DNA of 32,000 nucleotides. Source: Kineococcus radiotolerans SRS30216 = ATCC BAA-149 (GTDB taxonomy: Bacteria > Actinomycetota > Actinomycetes > Actinomycetales > Kineococcaceae). Positions 16,183-24,523 of the stretch are shown here, one piece after another. The number at the start of each line of letters is the position of its first letter. The first letter of the stretch is position 1. The stretch spans positions 180,001-212,000 of the forward strand of contig NC_009664.2 of the NCBI RefSeq assembly GCF_000017305.1. The letters run 5' to 3'. The translations under genes were made by a program, and so were the position numbers. The notes below the pieces were generated by a model that did not search any database, was not told the DNA's origin, and was given only the letters and a program-made list of their open reading frames with translations.

Positions 16183-18975
16183 GTGCCTGAGGATCCCGAC
16201 CCGCCCGTCGCCCCCGTGGCCCGGGTGGCGGCCCGCGTGGCGGCCCAGGCCCTGCTGGCCGACGAGGCCCGCGTCGCCGCGGCCCGCCGGCTGCAACCGG
16301 CCGCGACCACCGCGACGGGCCGCGCCCGAGGCGCGGGGCAGAGCGCGTGGCCGGCGCTGGACCGCCTGGCGGGGCTGGCCGCGCGCCTGCTCGGGACCCC
16401 CGCCGCCCAGGTCTCCCTGCTCAGCGACGTCCAGACCGTTCCCGCCGCCGCCGGCCTGGACCCGCAGGCCCACGCGGGGGCCGGCCCGCTGGCGGACTCC
16501 CTGTGCACGGTCACCGCCGCCGGCGGGGGGCCCCTGGTCGTGTCGGACGCCGCCACCGACGAGCGGGTCGCCGGGTTGCCGCCGGTGACCTCCGGGGCGG
16601 TCGGGGCGTACCTGGGGGTGCCGCTGACCGGCCAGGACGGGCACGTGGTGGGCGCGCTGTGCGTCTTCGACCCCGCCCCGCGCACCTGGAACGCCACCGA
16701 CGTCGCCCTGCTGAGCGACCTGGCCACCGCCGTGGCCAGCGAGCTGGAGCTGTCCGCGCTGAGCGTGGACTACGAGGCCGCCCGTCAGCGCTGGCAGCTG
16801 TCGATCACCGCCGCCGGCATCGGCAGCTTCGACTGGGACCTGCTCACCGGTGAGCTGGTCTGGGACGAGCGGCTGATCGAGCTGTTCGGCTACGGCGGTG
16901 ACGTCGACGGGTCCGACGGGCCCGTGGTGTTCGACCGCTCCATCGAGGCGTTCAACGCCCGGCTACACCCCGAGGACGTGCCCCGGGTCAGCCAGGCGCT
17001 GACCGAGTGCATCAGCACCTGCGGGGACTTCGAGGCGGAGTACCGGGTGGTGCGCCCCGACGGGTCCACCCGCTGGGTCCAGGCCCGCGGCACCGCCCTG
17101 GCCGGCGAGGACGGCACCGCGGTGCGCCTGCTCGGCGCCGCCTACGACACCACCGCCCAGCGCGAGGCGGACGTGCGCATCGCGCGGGTGCTGGAGTCGA
17201 TGTCCAGCGCCTTCTACTCCCTGGACGTCGACTGGCGCTTCACCTACGTCAACGCCGAGGCCGAGCGGCTGCTCCAGCGCCCGCGGGAGGAGCTGCTGGG
17301 GGGCGACATCTGGGACCTGTTCCCCGGCGCGGTCGGTGCCGCCTTCGACACCGAGTACCACCGCGCGGTCGAGACCGGCCAGGCGGTGACCTTCGAGGCG
17401 TACTACCCGCCTCCGCTGGACGGCTGGTACGAGATCCGGGCCTGGCCGGGCCCGGACGGGCTGTCGGTGTACTTCGTCGACGTCACCGCCCGCAAGCACG
17501 CCCAGCAGGCCGCGGAGACCGCCCGGCAGGCGGCGGAGAACGCCAACGCCCGCCTGGCCCTGCTGGCCACGACCTCGCGGCAGATGGCCGAGACGCTGGA
17601 GGCGGAGGCGGCGGTGACCGCCCTGGCGCAGCTGGTGGTGCCCGCGCTGGGTGACTGGTGCCTGGTCAGCGTCCTGGACGACGAGACCAGCGCCGGCCCC
17701 CCGACCAGTGCCCGTGCCACCGCGCGCCGCGAGCGGCGGCGACGCGACCAGCCGCGGGGTCAGCGGCGGGGACTGCGCGACGCCGGCAGCTGGCACCGCG
17801 ACGCCCGGGCCCGTGACCTGGTGCGCCGCTACGCCGAACGCCGCCTGGTCGAGCTGGACGACTCCGCCTTCCTCTGGCGGGCGTTGCGCGAGGAGCAGCC
17901 GGTGTTCATCGACGACGCCACCGCCGCCCTGACCGCCCTGCTGGACCCGGCGGGAGAGGGCCGGGCCCTGCTGGCGCAGCTCGCTCCCGCGGCGGGGGTG
18001 ATCTTCCCCCTCCGTGGACGGGGACGCACCGTGGGACTGCTGTCGCTGTTCATCGACGCCGGCCGGGAACGCTGGAGCGAGGAGGAGCTGGCCACCATCG
18101 CCGAGGTCGCCGACCGCGCCGGTCTGGCCCTGGACTCCGCCCGGTTGTACCGCCAGCAGCGCGACCTGGCCGCCGCCTTCCAGCGCTCCCTGCTGACCGC
18201 CCCGCCCGAACCGGACCACGGGCAGATCGTCGTGCGCTACACCCCCGCGGCCGAGGCCGCCCAGGTGGGCGGGGACTGGTACGACGCGTTCATGCAACCC
18301 GACGGCGCCACCGTGCTGGTCATCGGCGACGTCATCGGCCACGACACCGAGGCCGCCGCGGCCATGAGCCAGGTCCGCACCATCGTGCGCACCCTGGGCG
18401 CCCTCGGCGAGGAGTCCCCCGCGAGCATCCTGGCCGGCACCGACCGGGCCATGGCCAACCTGCAGCTCACCACCACCGCCACCGCCATCGCCGCGCGCCT
18501 CGAGCAGGACCTCGACGAGCGCGAGCGGGGCGTGACGCGGCTGCGCTGGTCCAACGCCGGGCACCCGCCGGCGATGGTCGTCAACCCCGACGGCACCGTC
18601 ACCCCGCTGCTGGGCCTGCACCCGGACCTGCTGCTGGGAGTCGTCCCCGGTACCGGACGCCGGGACACCGAGGTCGTCCTCGGCCGCGGGGCGACGGTGC
18701 TCCTCTACACCGACGGCCTGGTGGAGCGCCGGGACCAGCCGCTGCAGGAGGGGCTGGAGAAGCTGCAGGCGGTGCTGGAGGACCTGGCCGCGCAGGACGG
18801 CGACCTGGACGGCCTGGTGGACCAGGTGCTGGCCCGGATGCTGCCGCCGGACCCCGAGGACGACGTGGCCGTCATCGCCGTGCGCCTGCACCGCCAGGAC
18901 CGGGCCCGCCCCGCCGAGGCCGGTCCCGGGAGGGTTCCGCCGCACGTGCCCCCGGAACCCGAACCGCCGCGCTGA
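16183..18975 (+). CDS. Multidomain sensor phosphatase: GAF - PAS - PAS - GAF - SpoIIE/PP2C
   Basis: GTG at 16183 follows AGGAGAG. A GAF-like block (VSLLSDVQ...GAYLGVPL...GALCVFD) is followed by two PAS blocks (IGSFDWDLLTGELVWDERL... and FYSLDVDWRFTYVNAEAERLL). The PP2C motifs GGDWYD, GDVIGHD and LLYTDGLVE are present. Confidence 0.9.
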   Translation: MPEDPDPPVAPVARVAARVAAQALLADEARVAAARRLQPAATTATGRARGAGQSAWPALDRLAGLAARLLGTPAAQVSLLSDVQTVPAAAGLDPQAHAGAGPLADSLCTVTAAGGGPLVVSDAATDERVAGLPPVTSGAVGAYLGVPLTGQDGHVVGALCVFDPAPRTWNATDVALLSDLATAVASELELSALSVDYEAARQRWQLSITAAGIGSFDWDLLTGELVWDERLIELFGYGGDVDGSDGPVVFDRSIEAFNARLHPEDVPRVSQALTECISTCGDFEAEYRVVRPDGSTRWVQARGTALAGEDGTAVRLLGAAYDTTAQREADVRIARVLESMSSAFYSLDVDWRFTYVNAEAERLLQRPREELLGGDIWDLFPGAVGAAFDTEYHRAVETGQAVTFEAYYPPPLDGWYEIRAWPGPDGLSVYFVDVTARKHAQQAAETARQAAENANARLALLATTSRQMAETLEAEAAVTALAQLVVPALGDWCLVSVLDDETSAGPPTSARATARRERRRRDQPRGQRRGLRDAGSWHRDARARDLVRRYAERRLVELDDSAFLWRALREEQPVFIDDATAALTALLDPAGEGRALLAQLAPAAGVIFPLRGRGRTVGLLSLFIDAGRERWSEEELATIAEVADRAGLALDSARLYRQQRDLAAAFQRSLLTAPPEPDHGQIVVRYTPAAEAAQVGGDWYDAFMQPDGATVLVIGDVIGHDTEAAAAMSQVRTIVRTLGALGEESPASILAGTDRAMANLQLTTTATAIAARLEQDLDERERGVTRLRWSNAGHPPAMVVNPDGTVTPLLGLHPDLLLGVVPGTGRRDTEVVLGRGATVLLYTDGLVERRDQPLQEGLEKLQAVLEDLAAQDGDLDGLVDQVLARMLPPDPEDDVAVIAVRLHRQDRARPAEAGPGRVPPHVPPEPEPPR

Positions 18976-19039
18976 CCGCCCCTCCCGCCGAGCCGCTGCA
19001 CCGGTCCCCGTCCCGGCCGCCCGGGAACGTCCGGACGGG

Positions 19040-19900
19040 TCAGCTGCTGAACTGGTTCCCCACCACCGCCAGCAGTTCCAGCCGCTCGGCGTCGGGCGTG
19101 CCCGGGGTCGCGGTGAACACCAGCAGGCGCAACCCGCGGTCCTCGGTGTGCAGCACCTGGCAGTCGAGGTCCACCGCCCCCAGCTCGGGGTGGACGAGCG
19201 TCTTGCGCTGCCCGGTGTGGGTGGCGACCTCGTGGCGCGCCCAGACCTCGGCGAACTCCGCGCTCTCCGCCAGCAACCGCTCGACGAGGGCCTGCGCCCC
19301 CGGCACGCCGCGGCTGGTGGCCGCGCGCAGGTCCGCCGCCCACGCCCGGCTCTGCGCGGCGTGCTCGGCCTCGGCCCGCAGCGCGCGCTCGCGGGGATCC
19401 GCCGTGAACCAGCGGTGGAAGGCGCTGCGCGCCGGGCCCTCGTAGGCGGTCTGGTCCCCGAGCAGCGCCACGGCGAGCCGGTTCTGCAGGACGGTCACCC
19501 CGAGGTCGGTGACGACCTGAGCGGGGGTGTCGAAGAGGCGGTCGAGCACCCGCACCACGCCCGGCGGGACGTGCTCGGAGCGCCGGGCCCGGCTGGGGGT
19601 GCCGTGCCCGGCGATCCGGAAGAGGTGGTCGCGCTCGTCCAGGCTCAGGCGCAGCCCGCGGGCCAGGGCGGTGAGCACCTGTTCGGAGGGCTGCGGTCCC
19701 CGCTGCTGCTCCAGGCGCGCGTAGTAGTCCGCCGACATCCCGGTCAGCGCGGCGACCTCCTCCCGGCGCAACCCCGCCGTGCGCCGGCGCACCCCGGGCG
19801 GCAGCCCGACGTCGTCGGGGCGAAGGGCCTCCCGGCGGCGGCGGAGGAAGTCGGCGAGCGAGGCGCGGTCCACGCCGCCATCGTGCGGCACGAGCGCCAC
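19040..19900 (-). CDS. MmyB-like helix-turn-helix transcriptional regulator (XRE HTH plus ligand-binding domain)
   Basis: LADFLRRRREALRPDDVGLPPGVRRRTAGLRREEVAALTGMSADYYARLEQQRG is the MmyB-family signature. The gene is divergent from an SDR gene. Confidence 0.85.
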   Translation of the reverse strand: MALVPHDGGVDRASLADFLRRRREALRPDDVGLPPGVRRRTAGLRREEVAALTGMSADYYARLEQQRGPQPSEQVLTALARGLRLSLDERDHLFRIAGHGTPSRARRSEHVPPGVVRVLDRLFDTPAQVVTDLGVTVLQNRLAVALLGDQTAYEGPARSAFHRWFTADPRERALRAEAEHAAQSRAWAADLRAATSRGVPGAQALVERLLAESAEFAEVWARHEVATHTGQRKTLVHPELGAVDLDCQVLHTEDRGLRLLVFTATPGTPDAERLELLAVVGNQFSS

Positions 19901-19905
19901 CCCAT

Positions 19906-19926
19906 CCAGGGATCCCCGGTCCCTGG
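19906..19926. promoter_or_regulatory. Perfect 7-nt inverted repeat in the MmyB-like/SDR intergenic region (candidate operator)
   Basis: CCAGGGA-TCCCCGG-TCCCTGG lies within the 74-nt divergent spacer. Confidence 0.35.
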
Positions 19927-19974
19927 ACGAGCGCTCCCCTCCCGCCCGCGCGCCGGGCGACGCACGCTCGGGCC

Positions 19975-20802
19975 ATGACCGAGAACACCTCGCCCACCCC
20001 CCCGACCACCACCCGGGTCGCCCCCGCCCCGGGCACCACCGGGACGACCCGCAGGGTCGCCCTGGTCACCGGCGCCAGCCGCGGCCTGGGCCGCAGCACC
20101 GCCCTCCACCTGGCCCGCGCCGGGGTCGACGTGGTCGGGACCTACCTCGACGCCCGCGACGCCGCCGACTCGTTCGTCGAGCAGGCCCGCGCCGCAGGCA
20201 GCCGGGCCGTGGCGCTGCGCCTCGACGTGGCGGACTCCTCCTCGTTCCCGGCCTTCGCCGCGCAGTTGCCGCACGTGCTGCGCGAGCGGTTCGGGCGCGA
20301 CACGATCGACGCCCTCGTGAACAACGCCGGCACCGCGCTGCACGAACCGTTCGCCACGACGAGCGAGGAGCAGTTCACCCGGATCGTCGACGTGCACCTC
20401 AAGGCACCGTTCTTCCTCACCCAGGCCCTGCTGCCGGTGATCGCCGACGGCGCCCGCATCGTCAACGTCTCCACCGGCCTGGTCCGCATCACCATGCCCG
20501 GCTCCGCCGCCTACGCCGCGGCCAAGGGCGCGGTCGAGGTCCTCACCCGCTACCAGGCGCAGGAACTCGGCGCCCGCGGCATCCGCGTCAACGTCGTCGC
20601 CCCCGGGGCGGTGGCCACCGACTTCTCCGGCGGCGTGGTCCGCGACGACCCGCAGGTCGCGGAGATGGTGCGCAGCGTGACCGCGCTGGGCCGCCTCGCC
20701 GGGCCCGACGACATCGGCGCGGCGATCGCCCTGCTCCTCGCCGACGGTTTCGGCTGGGCCAGCGGAGCCACCATCGAGCTCACCGGCGGCCAGCGCCTCT
20801 GA
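19975..20802 (+). CDS. SDR family oxidoreductase
   Basis: Motifs TGASRGLG, NNAG and YAAAK are present. ATG at 19975 has CACGCT 6 nt upstream. Confidence 0.9.
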   Translation: MTENTSPTPPTTTRVAPAPGTTGTTRRVALVTGASRGLGRSTALHLARAGVDVVGTYLDARDAADSFVEQARAAGSRAVALRLDVADSSSFPAFAAQLPHVLRERFGRDTIDALVNNAGTALHEPFATTSEEQFTRIVDVHLKAPFFLTQALLPVIADGARIVNVSTGLVRITMPGSAAYAAAKGAVEVLTRYQAQELGARGIRVNVVAPGAVATDFSGGVVRDDPQVAEMVRSVTALGRLAGPDDIGAAIALLLADGFGWASGATIELTGGQRL

Positions 20803-20992
20803 CCCGGAACCCCGGGTGGGCGACGGGCGGACCACCACCGCTGGACCCGCGTCCCGGTCGCCCCGCGGTCGCGGCCGGCGCACCGGCTGAGAGGGTGGGG
20901 GGACTGCAACAGACGGGTGATCGTTGGTGACCGGGGATGAACATCAGGCGGACGCGCTCACTCCTGCCCACACCGCACCCGATTCGGCGATC

Positions 20993-22849
20993 ATGACGAT
21001 CACCGACGCGGTCCGCCTCTCCGCCGTCCCCACCGGGGAGAGCACCACGCTGTGGGACCTCGCCGAACCGGCCTGGGTGCTGGACGCGACCACGGCGTGC
21101 GCGGACCTCGACCGGCGGCTGCGCTCGGCACCGGCGCACCGGTGCAGCAGCGTCGTCGTCCTCGACCACCGCGGCGGGCGCGTCGGCTCGATCCAGCGCC
21201 AGCGCTTCGAGCACGCCCTGGGCGGACCCTTCGGTTTCGGGCGGGCCCTGCTGGCCCGGCGCTCGCTGGCCGAGGTCACCGACTTCGACGCCCGGGTGCT
21301 GCCCGCCGAGGCCGGGGTGGGCGAGGGCCTCGCCGTCGTCTTCGAGCGCCCCGCCCACCGCCGCACCGACGACCTCGTCCTGCGCCGCGAGGCCACCGAC
21401 CCCGCCGGGGCGGACGCGGGGAGGACGGGGGACGGGACGCGGTGGCGGGTGCTGCCCGTGGCGGTCCTCATGGAGGCCGCGGCCGGGCGGATGGCCTGGC
21501 ACGCCAGCCGCGACCCCCTCACGGGGCTGTTCAACCGCGGTGCGTTCTTCGCGCAGCTGCAGCGGATGATCGACACCGTCCCGGGCGACCTCGAGAGCCG
21601 CGGCCCGGGGACGGGCCCGGCGCAGGTGCGGGTGGGGGTCGTCTTCGTCGACCTGGACCGCCTGAAGACCGTCAACGACACCCTCGGCCACGACGCCGGC
21701 GACGCCCTCATCCGCTCGGTGGCCGCCAGGCTGCGCACCGCCGCCCGCCCCCGCGACGTGGTGGCCCGCCTGGGCGGGGACGAGTTCGCCGTGGCGTGCC
21801 TCGTCCACGCCCGCGACGAGCAGGAGGCCACCCGCACCCTGCACGCCATCGCCACCCGCCACCTGCACGCCGTCCGCACCCCCGACGCCCGGCTGGACCC
21901 CTCCGCGCGCAGCAGCGCCAGCGTCGGGGCGGCCCTCTCCGTCCCCCTGCCGCAGCCCGTGGGCGCGGACACCCTGCTGCGGGAGGCGGACACGGCCATG
22001 TACGCGGCCAAGCAGGCCGGGGGCGACCGCGTCAGCACGACCGGCACCGTCGGCGACGACGGGGGAGCCACCGCGGAACGGGTCGCGCCGTCCCTGCAAC
22101 GGGCGCTGGACCGCGACGAGCTCGTCCTGCACTACCAACCCATCGTCGACGCCCGCACCCGCCACGTGCTCTCCGTGGAGGCCCTCGTGCGCTGGCAGCA
22201 CCCCGACCGGGGGCTCCTGGGCGCCGCGGAGGTGCTGGACCGGGCCCACGCCGAACGCCTCGAAGTCGCCCTCGACCGCTGGGTCCTGCGGACCGCGCTG
22301 GCGCAGCTGCGCACGTGGGAGACCACCCGGCGCGCCGACGGGAACCGGGCGCCGTCGCTGATCAACGTCAACGTCTCCCCCGCCTCCCTCTCCCGCCCCG
22401 ACCTGGCCGAGAGCGTGCTGGGGGCCGTCCGCGACGGCGCAGCCCGCCCCGAGCAGCTGCGCCTGGAACTCCCCGAGACCGCGTCGCTGTCGACGATGGA
22501 GGTCGCCGGCCCGCAACTGCGGCGGCTCGCCGGAGCCGGTGTCGCCCTCGTGTTCGACGACATGGGCGCCGGGGCCTCCAGCCTGCGCAACCTGTCCACC
22601 ATCCCGGTGGCGGGCATGAAGATCGACCGTTCCTTCGTCGCCGGGATGCTTACCCGCCAGGGAGACCGGGCCGTGGTGGAGATGCTGACCAACCTCGCCG
22701 TCGGTCTCGGCCTGCGCATCACCGCCGAAGGCGTGGAGGACGCCGCCCAGGAGCAGGAACTGCGCCGGCTGGGGGTGACGGCCTTGCAGGGGTACCACAT
22801 CGCCCACCCCCGGGCGGCGGACGACCTGCCGTGGGCCGCCGACCGGTGA
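20993..22849 (+). CDS. Bifunctional-type c-di-GMP protein: unknown N-terminal domain - GGDEF - EAL
   Basis: GC3 rises sharply at ATG 20993; the track start 20924 has poor GC3. The GGDEF domain has an intact GGDEF motif and an RPRD I-site 5 residues upstream. The EAL domain shows EALVRW, NVNVS, ELPE, DDMGAG, KIDRSF, EGVE and QGY. Confidence 0.9.
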   Translation: MTITDAVRLSAVPTGESTTLWDLAEPAWVLDATTACADLDRRLRSAPAHRCSSVVVLDHRGGRVGSIQRQRFEHALGGPFGFGRALLARRSLAEVTDFDARVLPAEAGVGEGLAVVFERPAHRRTDDLVLRREATDPAGADAGRTGDGTRWRVLPVAVLMEAAAGRMAWHASRDPLTGLFNRGAFFAQLQRMIDTVPGDLESRGPGTGPAQVRVGVVFVDLDRLKTVNDTLGHDAGDALIRSVAARLRTAARPRDVVARLGGDEFAVACLVHARDEQEATRTLHAIATRHLHAVRTPDARLDPSARSSASVGAALSVPLPQPVGADTLLREADTAMYAAKQAGGDRVSTTGTVGDDGGATAERVAPSLQRALDRDELVLHYQPIVDARTRHVLSVEALVRWQHPDRGLLGAAEVLDRAHAERLEVALDRWVLRTALAQLRTWETTRRADGNRAPSLINVNVSPASLSRPDLAESVLGAVRDGAARPEQLRLELPETASLSTMEVAGPQLRRLAGAGVALVFDDMGAGASSLRNLSTIPVAGMKIDRSFVAGMLTRQGDRAVVEMLTNLAVGLGLRITAEGVEDAAQEQELRRLGVTALQGYHIAHPRAADDLPWAADR

Positions 22850-23011
22850 GGCCGCGGTCCACGTCCGCCCCGGCCGTCCGCACCGACCCGGGGCGCGGGC
22901 CGCGCGCCGGGAGCTCCCGCGCCCGCCCTGCGTCGCAGCCCGACCCGGTGGCGCGACCCTGTGGGGTGGGAGAGGCTGAACCCACCGAACCGACGACGGA
23001 GGACGTGTGCG

Positions 23012-23242
23012 ATGAGCGACGCCGACGAGACCCGCGACGCGAGCGACGTGGACGACGTGCCCGCGGGTGACCTGGGCGCCGGCGGACCCGCGGAGGAGAC
23101 CGGCGAGGGCGGGAACGCGCAGCCCCCCGGCTACGCCGACGAGGTGGACCCCAGCCAGGGACCGCTGGCGGCCCGCCCGAACGGTCACCTCGGGGACCTG
23201 GACGACCCCGGGGCCGACCCCGTTCCCCGGGGCGACGCCTGA
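23012..23242 (+). CDS. Small acidic, low-complexity (probably disordered) hypothetical protein, 76 aa
   Basis: ATG at 23012 lies 8 nt after GGAGGA. GC3 is very high. The composition is rich in D/E/G/P and has no hydrophobic core. Confidence 0.55.
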   Translation: MSDADETRDASDVDDVPAGDLGAGGPAEETGEGGNAQPPGYADEVDPSQGPLAARPNGHLGDLDDPGADPVPRGDA

Positions 23243-23382
23243 CGTCCGGCACGGCCGCCGCCCCGGCCGGGTGAGTTCCCCCGGCGTCCCGAGTTCCGAC
23301 GCCGCCCTCTGAACGAGGTGCCGGTCCTCGTGTCGGACCTGTGCCCTGCCCGCCGCGGTCGCCGCCGGCGCGGGAGTGGACG

Positions 23383-23397
23383 GTGTTCTGAGAACAC
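23383..23397. promoter_or_regulatory. Perfect 7-1-7 palindrome GTGTTCT-G-AGAACAC (candidate protein-binding site)
   Basis: Read directly from the sequence. This is the most AT-rich spot in a long GC-rich intergenic region. Confidence 0.3.
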
Positions 23398-23854
23398 ACC
23401 GGAGACCGTGGGCAACCCGAGGTCGCGGGGTCGGGCCGGCGCGGTGGACGATGGCTGGACAACCTGCGACGCAGGCTTTCCGGAGCCACCGGTTCGATGC
23501 GGGCAGCGGTTCCGGAGGAACCCGCACCCCTCCCGCCGTCGGGTGGTCCAACGGCACGGTGGTTCTCCTCCCGTTCCCGACGAGCGGGGACTCGGCGCCT
23601 CCCGGTGCGCCGCGGACCGCGGCGCGGGTGTCGACCCCGAGGCGGGGATCGGGTTCGCCGGGGTTTCTCCCGCGGACGCCACCCGGGGCCGCGCGGCCGG
23701 CCGACCCTTCCCGGCCCCCGACGTCAGCCGGCAGGCGGATCCGGGGCACCGTCGTCCTCCCGGGGGTGGAGCCCGCGGATGCGGCAGCGGGGGGATGCGG
23801 GTGGCGGTTCCCGCGCCGGACAGTGAGGTCAGTCCCGCGACCCCCGGAGGAACC

Positions 23855-24298
23855 GTGAAGAAGTCCACTGCGCGCCTGGCCACCGCCCTGACGGCGGGAG
23901 CGGCCGGTGTCGCCGGTCTGGCGCTGGCCACCGGCTCCGTGCCGGGTGTCGAGAGGCTCGGTCCCCGGCTCGCCCAGGCCCAGGGGCACGTCGACCGCGA
24001 CGTCCACGACCGGCCCGCGGAGGTGCCGGCGGCGGACCTGCCGGACTGGGCGCGGGCGGGCACGAGCACGGTCACCGTGGTGCGTGAGGCCGACGGGGCC
24101 GACGGAGCCGGCGCCGCCGTGCGCGCCGACCTCGCCGTCCCCGCCGGTTTCGTCCTGCCGGACTCGTGCACGGACGTCGAGCACGTCGGGATACCGTTCG
24201 ACGGCGGCGACGACTGGCCCGACAGCCGGGGCCCGGGCGAGCGGTGCGGCCCGTGGAGCGTCGTGGTGGCGCAGGGGCACCTGTACGTCTGGCGCTGA
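23855..24298 (+). CDS. Small secreted hypothetical protein (Sec-type signal peptide, two Cys)
   Basis: GTG at 23855 lies 4 nt after GGAGG. The N-terminus VKKSTARLATALTAGAAGVAGLALA/TG is a typical signal peptide. The mature part of about 120 aa matches no family I recognise. Confidence 0.65.
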   Translation: MKKSTARLATALTAGAAGVAGLALATGSVPGVERLGPRLAQAQGHVDRDVHDRPAEVPAADLPDWARAGTSTVTVVREADGADGAGAAVRADLAVPAGFVLPDSCTDVEHVGIPFDGGDDWPDSRGPGERCGPWSVVVAQGHLYVWR

Positions 24299-24523
24299 CA
24301 CCGGGGGACCCCCGGACCCGTGCGTCGGAACGCCGGCGGGGAGGACGGGACCCGCCACGACGGCCCGCGCGCCTCCCACCACCCGGCCTCGGGAACCCGG
24401 GCGCCTCCGCCCGGTCACGTCCTCGTCCGACGAGGTGCCCCGTTCCCCTGCCGGAGCCGCGGGACGTCTGTCACGCTGCGAGCAGCGTCTCCCTCGGCGC
24501 TGCTGGAGGCAGCCGGGAGGCGG

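Noticed and set aside
20924-20992. Upstream GTG start for the GGDEF-EAL gene
   Set aside because: The 23 codons before ATG 20993 have clearly lower third-position G/C (gat, gaa, cat, act, cct, gca, gat) than the rest of the gene.
23012-23242. The acidic mini-protein as a Pup-like (prokaryotic ubiquitin-like) tag
   Set aside because: It lacks the C-terminal GGQ/GGE motif (it ends ...PRGDA), and no proteasome or PafA/Dop genes are nearby.
23383-23397. The palindrome as an actinobacterial LexA SOS box
   Set aside because: The SOS box is TCGAAC-N4-GTTCGA. Here the half-sites are in the opposite order and spacing (GTTC-N3-GAAC) and the flanking TCG/CGA bases are missing.
23487-23503. GGTTCGATG string resembling a tRNA T-loop
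   Set aside because: The flanking bases cannot form a 5-bp T-stem, and no acceptor, D or anticodon arms can be drawn. I found no tRNA-like cloverleaf anywhere in the window.
23243-23854. Known riboswitch classes (ydaO/c-di-AMP, c-di-GMP-I/II, cobalamin) in the long spacer
   Set aside because: I could not find their invariant segments, for example the paired ACGGGG/GAAUC-type boxes of ydaO or a B12 box. Only generic G-rich strings are present. A covariance-model scan is still needed to be certain.
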